This document shows, piece after piece, positions 1-12,400 of a DNA stretch of 64,000 nt. Position numbers and translations under genes: made by a program. Numbering within the stretch: the stretch's first letter is position 1; the number at the start of each line of letters is the position of its first letter. Source of the stretch: Bugula neritina (Eukaryota > Animalia > Bryozoa); the NCBI GenBank assembly GCA_964035545.1, contig OZ037765.1, positions 23,559,504 to 23,623,503 on the forward strand, written 5' to 3'. Below the pieces are notes generated by a model. The model did no database searches. It was given only the letters and a program-made list of their open reading frames with translations, and was not told the origin of the DNA.

Positions 1-322
1 TGTTTATTCTAGAGTTCAGCTACACAAAGCTGCAACTTAGTACAGACACAAAATAGGGCTGGTTTGCTAAACGAATAACTGCGACAGAGTAAAAAGCAAA
101 TACTACTTAGCATTCCACTTTTCTATTGCACTTTTGTTCTTTTTTTCGAGTGATGGTTTAAAGTGGAATAGTTTTGAAATACTACTCGGATTTGGATTTC
201 ATTATTGCGTGTGACAGGTAACTCCACACGATTTGCGCTCCCAGTAGCTAATAATGAACCGATTTAGCTCGACTAGGGCTGATTATATTTAGTATAGCTA
301 TATATGAGCCTGTACTCACAGC

Positions 323-394
323 GGTTCCATGGTGTAATGGTTAGCACTCAGGACTCTGAATCCTGCGATCCGAGTTCAAGTCTCGGTGGAACCT
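323..394 (+). tRNA. tRNA-Gln (anticodon CTG), intronic in the ASAP gene, same strand
   Basis: 72-nt cloverleaf: acceptor stem GGTTCCA/TGGAACC, A-box TGGTGTAATGG, anticodon arm CAGGA-CT-CTG-AA-TCCTG, B-box GAGTTCAAGTC, discriminator T394. Typical metazoan tRNA-Gln sequence. Confidence 0.97.
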
Positions 395-396
395 AA

Positions 397-404
397 TTTT
401 TTTT
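397..404 (+). terminator. RNA polymerase III terminator (T8) of tRNA-Gln
   Basis: Run of 8 T beginning 3 nt after the tRNA discriminator base. Confidence 0.8.
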
Positions 405-421
405 CATATTTTCTTTTGTAG

Positions 422-3400
422 CAGAAGCTTTTATCAAGTTTGCCGTAGTGAGCAAAGAGCTATCAGCATTAATGAAGCATTTAGTAAGTTTCAGAAAATT
501 CAATTGTCATGCTTTTTTCTCACCCTTTTTAATAAGTCTCCGATTTCTAATTTTATCAGAGTTTATCTAGTTTTATTTTTTAAAAGTTTTTATAAAAACT
601 ACATACTGTTGTTCAGTCAGTATCAGTATGCATTTAAACAATACATTCCCATTACAAAACACAACAGTATCATACTACGAAATATAGCGGTTATACTTAC
701 CTTCTATCATGAATTGCCACTATTAAAAGGTACTCAAATAACCAGGCTTGCATTAAAAGCTTGCATTGAAAGCATGTTGCCTTTTACAAACTATTTAAAC
801 ATAACTTCAAAAATAAATAAAATGATTCACTCTCATTATTTGGTGAAAGCAAATTAAAATCCCTAATCCTGACTTCAATTTCGAAATTTTGCATAATGAA
901 GCAAAAAGCAAGTAATCTTAAGCCTCCACTTCTTCCAATTATATGTGGTAAACGTAAAACGTGTAAAAGTTACCTTCTCTGTGCTAATTCCGTTTCTTTA
1001 AAATTTCGTATAATTTTTAATATAAAAAGTAACTTTAATTGTAAAATAAAGGAGTGTTCCAGTTGCTTCCGTGACCTCCAGGTTTTTTAGTCTTGGGCAG
1101 AGAGACACCTTTGCTTGTCGATAATTTAACAGGATTGAAACGATTTGGGAGCACCTCAATGCTGCATAATCATTTCTTTGAAAGTGTTCAACCCACAAAC
1201 CCTAATTTTGTGGCTGTTGGTTGACAGGTTTCTAATCTTAGAACCACAGTCATGGCTCCTCTGGAAAGTTTCATGAAAGCAGATTCAAAAGAAAGTCATG
1301 TAGACTGTAAGAAATCATTTGACAAGGCACATAAAGACCTTGAGACTAAGTTGTAAGTGTGTTTTATAAAACAAAGTTACTCCAATTGGTTTTCTGGGTT
1401 GTTCAGTTTGCTTGTAGGTGACTCACTGCAAAGTTTTATGTCAAAGAAAGTGTTCAAGTAATGTTTTTAGTCAGTTACCACTATAATAAAATATATCACT
1501 ACTACTTTTACTTTAACTGTTGAATATTATGGTTGTGTAGCCTTCAATTTTATTTCTTTTAAACTTTAAAGCATTTGAAGCTAATGCATTTTCCTATGAT
1601 GAAAGTTGTATGTTACAGCCACAAAGTTGGCAAGGAAAGATTGCGTATGGCTGAGTCAGCTGGTCTCCACAGGAAAGCTGTCACAGGGCAGGAAGTGGCT
1701 GAGGATACAGACAAGGAGAGAAAACTCCTGCAGCTGCAATCCTGTGAGGTGCGTATTTTAAGCCTCAGTTATGTTTCCTGCTTTCACATAGCTGCATCTT
1801 TATCAAACTGCCAAACTGTATTTAATTTATTCGTTGTTCTCTCTTAGAATAAGGAATACATATGTGATGATGGACAGCAAATTAAGAAAAATGAAATTAT
1901 TTTAGTGTATTAGGAACAGCTATCAGTTCAAGCATACTGATCATTTCAAACTTTTTTTTTATTCATTTGAATGTCTATTCAAAGCTTGTATCTGTGCTAG
2001 AAATGTGGTTCACTATTCTTGAGATTTTATTCACAGTACCTACTCAAAGTGAATGAGTCAAGAAGTAGGAAGGGAGTGGACCTATTGAATCACCTAGTAG
2101 AGTACTACCAGTCCCAGACCAGGTGAATATCACCAACTTGCAGGATAGTTAACCCATAATAATGCTTGTACTATGGGACAATTAACATCTGTGGAATATC
2201 AGAGCCTGCAATAGCTGTATATGTAAAATATATCCCAATTCAACTTCAATCTAGACTCTGGAGGTTTCTTTTTAACATTTTATTTGAAATCTTTTACAAG
2301 TTTTAGTGATAAACTGGCACATTTATCTATTTACTTACATCTGTGATATTCTGCTTCAATTTTGTTTTTTTACATTAGACTCCACAACAGACATCATTGC
2401 TTACAGTTAGTTAGATTATGCTGTGTATTATGGCTAGTTTGTGTGGGCTTGTCATTCCGGACATTCAGTTGTCTATATGAAATAATATAGTTATTGTTAA
2501 GTGTACTGTACCACTGTGCATCTAATGTAAACTGTCAGTTTGAAAGTTCTGATGACAAATGAGATATCATAATGCTGGCCAGAAGCCTTATCATTTTGAA
2601 AATTTATTCATTAGTTGCACACTGCCATAGTTTAATATGGGGTAAATATTCTTGGTGATTGTTGCCAGCTGTGGGTTTGCTTGAAGCTGTTTATTTGGAC
2701 ATGTTGAATGATAATTTATAACCACCACAATCTGTTAGCATGGCTTGCATGATTTTTTCAGTAATATCACTTTGAGTTATATTGATATTTTGTAAAAAGC
2801 ATATTCTTGTAAATAATAGAGAATTATTCTAGGCACGGCCAATTGTTGTAAGTGTTGAATTATGTCTAGTCAAAAATAACCTAAAACAACATATCCGTTA
2901 TATTAGTATGTTAACTTACTAGCTAATAACTTGATAAAATATTAAGTTTTATTGCAATTGATTATAACTAGCTGTAAACACATTTTTTTAGCTTTTTCAC
3001 TGATGGAATGAAAACTATTCAACACTTCCAGACTTATGTTAACGGCATGATTCCAAGGCTAAAGGCGCTCAAGGCCACGCAAGATACGGAGAGGAAACAG
3101 CTTGTAGAGTTAAAGGAGTCTTTGAAGAGTTCTCTAGCCACTTACAAAGAGGTAGAGTGATAGACCTTACAGTGCTCGATTTTTATGCAGCCAACATATT
3201 TAGTCACTTTATGAAAGGTTTTATCATTTCTAGTTACTTACAATTTTGATGTCTATTTATTTGTAAGGTACATTATTTTCATCTTCTATTTATTATCTTT
3301 GCCCTGCTCCCCATGTATACAGATACAGTGACATAAAACCTAGTGAAACATAGTTCTTATTGGCTATTTGTAATGGTTTAACACTTTTTTTTAAAGTAGC

Positions 3401-6400
3401 TTTTTAAAAAAAAATAATTTACCTCCAAGAGTGGTTGGTTTGCTCTAACAAACTCCATTAAAGAAAAAAAGCCTGGAGTTCTGTCTTAATATTAAATATA
3501 GTTGCAAGATTTTCTTCAGAAACCAGTTTACCAAAATGGAATATTTAAAGGCTTAATATTGTTGCTGCAAGAAAAAGAATATCTCATTATCTTCATAACA
3601 TAACCTAATAAGAAAAATTGAAAATGTCCTCTTTGCATATATTTTGCTTATTTTATAACTTCAAGAGTAGCTTTAAGCTCTGTTTTAATTTTATAAACAT
3701 TTTCTTATAGTAGGCATGTTACTCATTTAAGCTCACTAGTTTATAGTTTTTAAATAAAATAAAATGACTCATTTATCAAGGATAATCAAAGCATGCTGAG
3801 TAAAGTTGCTCCAATGCTGCCATTAATTCAATCCAAAGAAGTGGGATCAGAGTTTGTTGGCTATTTGCTCAAGAAAAGTGAAGGAAAAATCAGGAAGTTT
3901 TGGCAGAGGCGAAAATGTTCCATAAAAGATGGTGTGATGTATATTAGTCACTCAGATGTGAGTTTTAACTATTTTACATTCTTAATGTTTTTTTTTAAAT
4001 GATATGCTGTGAAAATCAGCATCTTTACTTGTTTAGCCATAAAAGTCCACTCCTATATTTCTGTATCATCATTACAGTGAAAAAGTGTTTCCTATATTGT
4101 GCACCTCATATACTAGAATTGTACTTTTTTTCTTCTTGGATATTATTTATAATGCGTAGACGAATTAAGTGAATTATTTGTTTGGTGTTGCAGGAAACAA
4201 AACCACCAGTCAGACTGAACCTGCTCACCTGCCAGGCAAAGGTTTGTATACTTCTGTCAAACTGTATGCAATAATAATTTAATGCTATTTGTAAATTAAT
4301 TCTTTTTTAAATTTATTGTTTGTAACTTATAGTTTAAGTTTTACATAAATAGTATATTATATAATGGTGTGCTTGTGAATTTGGGATTGGTTTGTTCCAT
4401 TGTATAATATTAGGTTAATATATATGCAGGTAATAACAGAAGACCCTGGCAAAAAATGTTTTGACCTACTCTCAAGCTCAAGTAAGTTTATAAAACATTT
4501 TGTAGATGCTGCTGATTTTATTTTTATGTTATAAATAGCAATATAATATTTTTATCATTCTGTTGAAAATTATTAGGTTTACATGTTTAGCCTTTGATAT
4601 TTATATTTGCTTTTTTGTTTTAGATAATAGAACATATCATTTCCAAGCAGATGATGAAAAAGACATGATCAAGTGAGATTTGGGGCTATCATCAATGACT
4701 TATATAATATATTCTACGGTCATAACTATTCTAAGAAATCTAATTTCTGGGATTTTTTCAGCATTAGTTTGTTGTCTAATAATTTGTATGCTTTCGAAAA
4801 AAAATTTTAATGTAAAGCATGACAGTGGGAAGGGGGCGAATTTCCAAACTCATTCTTTGATGTTGATATGGTATATAGCTGGTTTACATGCTGTAATAAT
4901 GGTGTATATATTATTTTCTTTACTCACTCTAGTTACCTGTTTGGCACATACACATTGAGTACGTTCTTTTATCAAATTTCTAATATGATTCTAATAACTG
5001 CAGATGGATTTCCGTGTTAAATAATGCAAAAGAAGAACAGCTTCTACTTGCATTTAAAGACAACAAAGGCTCGCAAGGCAATGAGAATTTGCGTGAGCTG
5101 CAAAAACAGCTCATTTCAGAAATTAGAAAACTCCCTGGCAACAACTTTTGCTGTGACTGTGGTGCTATTGGTAAATATTTTAATCAGTTAATTTTCTAAT
5201 TGTCATTTAATTTGAGCAATTTTTAAAAATTTTGTTTTGCAGATAATATCTTTGTATATAGTTAAAAACATGCATGTATTGCAGAGTTTCTTTAAATTAA
5301 ATGGGAACTCGAACTAGGCTTGTAAATGTATTATTAGTTATTTTATAAATAGTTATACAAATATAAACTCTAACTATAACAAATAACAAATTGTGATTGA
5401 GACTGGCGCTAGTTTAAATGCATAACAATTAGCCCTGCTTAGTAAAGCTCTGGTGTTTTTTTCATTATTGCTGCACACTAAGGAGTTATCTTCTTAATAT
5501 CTTTTGTAATTGTGCAGACGAAAGTTGTTCCTTTTTATAGTTGCTTATGGTTTTACATGAAAATATGCAATTTTATATTAAATCTTATGTTTCCATAGAG
5601 AAGAAGCAAAATCTTTCAGCGGGTAGTTAGTTCCAAAATGATGCATTATTGACAAAAGTGTATTTTTAGAAAAATGAGAAAAATGTTATGAAATTTTGGT
5701 AACTAAAACACTTGGGTTTTTTAATGTTTTGTAGAACCTGAATGGTTATCTGTAAACTTTGGAGCCATTATCTGCCTAGAATGTTGCGGAGTGCACCGCG
5801 AGTTGGGTGTTCATATATCACGAACTCAGTCTTTGGTTATTGACGAACTTGGCACTTCACAGCTGCTGGTTAGTCAACATTATTCTACTTTGCAGACTTG
5901 GTGTACAGAATTGTCTTCTTATCATAAAATTACTTTCGTTGGGTCTCCGAAGATGCGTTTATGCCTTCGTGATGTTTAGTGAAAAATCAATTTGACAGAG
6001 TTGAAAGTTTCACCAGTTTGCCTTACCACATCAATATGATTTCAAGGAGTTTCAATAAACTATAAAGTGGTAAGTTGCGTTTATACCTCTGCTGAAAAAA
6101 GTACCGAGTTTAAGTTAATAATGCTTGTCCGGGAACCCCTTTATAGTCAAACTGAAACTCGTTGAAATCATATTGATGCGGTTGCTCACTTTCTGAAATT
6201 GAAATTTGACTCGCATAATAGCTATTTGATGTCCTTTGTAAATGTCGTGAATTAGTGAAGCGGACAGCATAAAAGCGATAATTGAGAAGGCGTAGGCTAT
6301 ATAATTATAAACGTATAAGTACGTTGTCTAATCGCCAAAGTAAAAACTAAATAACAATGTTTACAAGGAGTTATTACTCCTATTCTAAAATTGGCCGATT

Positions 6401-9400
6401 AAGTTATCACAGTACAAAAATTTTTACGAGTGGCTTTTACAATGCAATGCAACTCGGTGAAATTTCAACCCGGCCAAATTGAAATTCTGACCGAAAATCG
6501 TGAAGGTATAAAGGCAACTTTACTCGGACGAGTGGAATTAACTGAATCTCAGCATTTTTTTTAACAAAGGTATAATTGCACCTTTAGATATCAGTTGTCA
6601 TCCTTTGCTAGTTTTATATTCAACTGATGTTGTGTTGGTAGATTGCTAGCGTGATGTCTAATCAGGAGTTCAATGAAGTAATGGAGGCTACACTGACTTC
6701 TGAGGCTAAAGTTATGCTAATAAAACCCGACAGTCCAAGGTGAGAAAAAGTTAGATATAGAGGAACAATGGTACATTTATCTACTGTATAGTAAATGCCA
6801 GCAGTATTCTACTTGGACATAGTGGTAAACTTGAACATTTGTGTGCAACAACCAGTCCATCCATAGTAGTTACAAGCAATATATGATATTAAATTATATT
6901 TCTTATAATAAGGATATTATTATTGTAATAATAATACTATCATTATTCCACACATATTATATAGCATTATTCACATTATGAATGGAGAGCATGCTATCCA
7001 TTAGAAAGTTGTATTGAAGTAGTTCTGTATCCAAGTACTTTTTTATAAATATTTAATTTACTTTTAATTTGGTATAATTTATCTCAATGTTGGGTATTCT
7101 TTTACTCATTAGAGAGCAGAGAAACTCATATATACGTACCAAGTACGAGTCTAAGCGTTATGCTATCAAAACATGTGCTGATAAAGAGGAGCTGCAACAA
7201 GAGCTCTACCAAGCTGTCAACACTTGCGATATTTACGCTCTTCTGCAAGTTTATGCTGAGCAGGTTGACTTGCTGACATCACTTCCTACCGAGGTACCGT
7301 GCACTATTCCGGAATAATCTAACATATAATGCTCAGAGTAAGCTCTGTGTAGTTAATATGTATGTAAATGTAGTATTTCACTTCTCAATGATTTTTGCTT
7401 CACTTGGACCATGCTTTAGTTTCTTTTGTATAGTGAAAAAATTTAGTTCTGCATCATGCAATGAATATATTTTATTGGTCCTTTGCGACATGCACAAACT
7501 AATATGTTCCTTGCATTGCTCAGCACAAAGTATCACTGATGACTAAATATATTATAATCCCTAGTCTATAACCAGTTTTTTGTCTGGTCATATAAAAAAT
7601 TGTTGTGTGTTTTTCTACCAGAACACACTGACCCCAACTACCAACAAGAAGTCAGCTATCTATGTAAGTTAGTTCTAGGAGTACTACTGTATCAGTACAC
7701 ATGTACTGTATCAGTATACATGTACTGTATCTGTACACGTGTACTGTATCTGTACACATGTACTGTATCAGTACACATGTACTGTACTAATCTTGTCTGG
7801 TTCTCCTCTATACTACTCTTACTTATTCTGTGGTTGTCTATCTGCCTTGGTGTCAACTCTTGTTATATACTCTCATAACCACACGTTACCAACCTGCACC
7901 GCATTATTATATGATTTGCACTTGCTTGCACGATGGCTACTGGTAATAACAGTAAATAATCTACACATTAGAATTTTCTTTTAACACTGTTTGGGGATTC
8001 AAATTTTTTAAGGTTTAATTGGAATGGATAATTTATTATTGTGGTATATATTGGTGAACAGTATTGATATGGCTTTGTATTACTTGATAATCCAATGCTT
8101 GTCCTGTGTAACTAATCATGATCATGTTGTATTACTCAGCTTCTATATATTCATATACCATATTAGGTAATGGCTGTGTAGAATTGTAAGGACTGTCGGA
8201 TTTCTTTTAATATTATAGTTGCAGAGACAACTCACTGAACTAGTTGCTGCAGACTTGTCGCTTTACAACTCTCTTTAGTTGTTGATGCTTAGTTAAGGAA
8301 ACCATGCTTAGTTACGGAGACACATTACTTTTAATTGAAATTTATTTGTATTTAAATTAATACGGTAAAGCTTTGCAAAGTTTAGGATGCATGCCTAACA
8401 ATAAAAATTATTCTATTACTTTATCTTTATCATAATTGGCTAAAAACTTCATCTAAGAGATTTTCTCTTGTTTGAAATGAGTTGCACTACCTCGCACATT
8501 GCGCTTATGAAATTTTGCTTTTGCACAGTTTGTTTGAATGTCTAGATTACACAACTGATACACCTTATTCTACAAACACTGCATGTATTACTAAATGCAA
8601 ATGAAAATGTTATTTGATATGGGTTTGCTGCATTAATATTTATAGACTCTCATCTATTGAGAGTGATTTTTTGTTTTTTTTTGTATTGAAAACTTGTTAT
8701 ATATATCTCAGCTTAATGCATATAAGTTTAAATGTATCTTGTATAACTATTGCTTGTTAATTACAGGAGACTGGTGAGACCGCTTTACATAAAGCTGTTA
8801 TGCAGGAGAATGGCACCTCTCTTTATATTATTGACTTCTTAGTTCAAAATTCTGACTGGTTAGTACTAATCCATGTGTATTCAGTATTTGCATGTATATT
8901 TATAGTTTGGCTGTGCATGTATACAGATCAATGAAGGTCTGAAATTATCTATCAAAATTATTTAGCCTAGTCACTGATCTCTCCATCAACCTACAAGTAT
9001 CCTTATTTATAACAGTAAGCGTTTGGATGTCAAGGATGCCCTTGGCAACACAGCTCTTCATGTGGCGGCTGAGTATAATCAAGGGGAGGCAATGAAGTTG
9101 ATATTGAGAGCCAATACTAACTTAGCCCATATGAAAAACAATAATGGGAAAACTCCATTAGACATTGCAACTGAAAATAAGTATCACCTGTGCATGGACC
9201 TGGTAGGTTTCCGGCTATTTATCGTTAGCTAACTTTTGCGAAAAGCTGAATTCAATCTAAACTACGTATTTCTTGATGAATTATTGTGCAATATATTTGT
9301 ATATTTTGTAATTAATAAATGCAAGAACTATTGAAGCCATGAAAGAAATGACTGATATATGTGTTTTTATGTTGCCATACATCTTGGATATATAAACACA

Positions 9401-12400
9401 TTAAAGTGCTCTGTTGCCATCATCACCATGATAATTTATTGTAAACATTTTTAGTTACAACACGCCCTGGATGGCAAAACTAGTCTGTTTGAAAATGTGA
9501 ACATCGACTGGCTTTTAATTCAAGATGATTATGTTGACTTTAGTGACGATGACTTGGAGAACGTAAGTTTGTACAGTCGAATATAATGTTTATGTTGTCA
9601 GATCTGCATGGTTACCTGTTCAAACTGTGTGAGCAATTCATCATTATTATCACTTTATTCCATGTCATGGGCTGGCATCTTTATATGTCTCGTGAAAATG
9701 ACTAGCTTTGCCATTCACAAATCAAAAATCTATTGAAGAAGTATATTATGAAGCAACAAAATATGGTAATCCTATATGTCAAAATATTTACATTTTCTAT
9801 AAACTTTTGATTGAAACTTTGCTTTGCATACTCCAAGGTATGCAAGGTATTACTGAGAATGTAAAAGTGTTCTTTCAAATGTAATGTACACCTCAAATAT
9901 ATTTGGCTTGAAACACGTGAATACTGTATATAGTGTAAGCAAATAACACTAATAGTAACTAAGTTGTTCAAGTTTCTGCAAGGGAATACATTGTGTTTAA
10001 ACTTGACAGAATAGAATGTCCAGTTTTTCCAATCCATACAAAGGCTTCTTTGCCATTTTCTCATTCTAAAATAGTATTATAAGTTTATTAAATAGAAAAT
10101 AACATAATTTAATAGATATTTTGTAATGAAAATATCAGGGTACCCTCATGTCCCTCGAACATATATTGACAATATGTTATAATGTTGCAACGGCATTGGT
10201 CTATCTAAATTCTAAACTGTAGATAGGTATTTTATAAAAAGAAAACAATTAATTGGCTACTGTTGTGCATTATTGCATATTTTATTAAATTATGAAAATG
10301 CAAAATTATCCAGCTATAGAATCACTTGTTTTTCATAAATTTTACTGCTTTTGTTTTTTATACCTATAACATAGTGAATTGTTCATATAATTACTTATAA
10401 TTTTTAATGACTTCTCTTTTTATGTAGACCAGAATAGTTTCATTTACCTTTTTTTTTACTGATTTTGTGTGTATTTGTGTGATCAGCTTATAACTTGTGT
10501 TTAGATTAGCATGTATTCAATTTGCAGCAAACCCCAGAAAAGCAGAGGTCTAGGCCTAGCAGTGTGGTGTCTGATATGATGGTAGATCGGAGGAAGACAA
10601 CTGACAGTGTTGAAACAGCAAGTGTTCTCTCAGTGAGTTCACATAGGTCAGACAGACGTAAAACCGGAGAATGTAATATTGACAGTATCGAGAAAAATGG
10701 TAAAGAAAAGAAAACAGCTGTGGATAGAATGAGGCGAAAAACTACGGACAATGTGATTGGACAACTCAGTTCTGCCCTCTCTGCTGCCCCTTCTTCCGCT
10801 AGTAAAGGTTTGCAAGATTTTTGATAGATTGGGATTTGTTGCTTGCTTTATGTATGCTGTGAGTTTGTATCAATGTTTTTATACATACATTGACAGCAGC
10901 ATGGCTTGTAAAGTCTTTACTAAGCTAATGAGTTTGATTGTTCTTGTCATCTAAAGTTTTCACCCACCACCTGTTCATGTAATATTATCACTTATTACTA
11001 ACACTCTATTGTGAAATGTGGAACTGTGAACAATAATAATTTTAACATCCCAATTATGCTGCTAGCTTTTTCATTTATTAAATGGAACATTGCTAATTAC
11101 AGCTGTTCAGCTTCGCTTGTCCAGGACTGGTGGTATGTATACAACACTTGGTAGTACTTAGAATACTTAAACTGCTTCTTATATCTAGTATAATTTATAA
11201 TCAACTGAAAGTTGTGTTATTTTCTTTTGAATTCATCAGCTTATTTTCTATTTCAAGTTTTCTAATTACTACCAAGGCTTTCCTTGTTAGAGCTGATCAA
11301 ACTATGTTTAGTTCCCATATTTTCATTTATATGTTAGCATGTTTGCCATTCTCCATATGCTTATACACACCAATGCAACTGTAGTGATGGTTTAGTGGTT
11401 ATCATCTCCTAAACTAGCCTTACCAAGTTATTCTGTAAAAGTTAAATGTTGTGTACTACTAAAATTATCAAAAAATTATGCATGAAGCATTAGAAAAATA
11501 TTGTTTTATTTATGCTATAGGTAATTATAACTATTTTTAGAACTGAATAAAGTGTTTAAATAATAAGCATTTAGTGAATGTGATTTTGGTAAATATTTTG
11601 CACAAATTCCTAAATTAATTTCTTCGCTCTTCACCAAGCACAGAACATTATTTAGTGATGTTAATGATGAATATATTTGAAAAAAAAGTTGTGAACTGAT
11701 ATTACATTTGTTTCAAACTGTTGTAAACATTTGGATTTGGATGTCGTGATACTGCAGTGTATTGTGCAGCATGAAGTGTTTCAATTTGCTTCAACTTATA
11801 CTCTTTCTTACCTATTTTAGGTTCAGCTAAAAGCAAACTTGCCTCTCACGGTTTATACGGTCATTCCAGAGCAGTCTCAGACCATGCTGTCACTGCTTTC
11901 ACTATTGACAATGATGTCAACATCTCGAGTCCTGTATTTAAACAGCCAACATTTCATTCTTTCACGTCCAGCAAAGCACCCAGCTCTAACAGCACACCTC
12001 TATCAACTACGGCTAAGTTTTCTAGTAACAATTCTGGAGTTACCCCATCACATAGCAGGAATGCTAGCACTTCCAGCACTGGTTTGGTGACATCTAGTAA
12101 TAGGCCCAACAGTGCATCTACTACTGGTAATAGCAGCACAAGTAGTAGAACAAATAATGGAGTGACAGTTAACAGAAGTACTAGTAATTTGTCAAATTCA
12201 ACCTCTGGGTTAGTAAACAGAATCACCAACAATATTGCTAAGGTTAGTGGTAGTGCAGTTATAAATAGAAGTGTTAGCAATGTCTCCAACTCCAGTGTTG
12301 GCGTACTCAGTAGGAGTGTCGAGAACTCACCAACTACCCCTACAGGGACGGTCAGTAGAAGTACTAGTGGTGTATCAAATACAGGAACAGTGAAAGGTTA

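Noticed and set aside
1863-1940. Possible C/D snoRNA (GTGATGA...CTGA) in an ASAP intron
   Set aside because: No convincing terminal stem or rRNA-antisense guide; such boxes are common by chance in AT-rich DNA.
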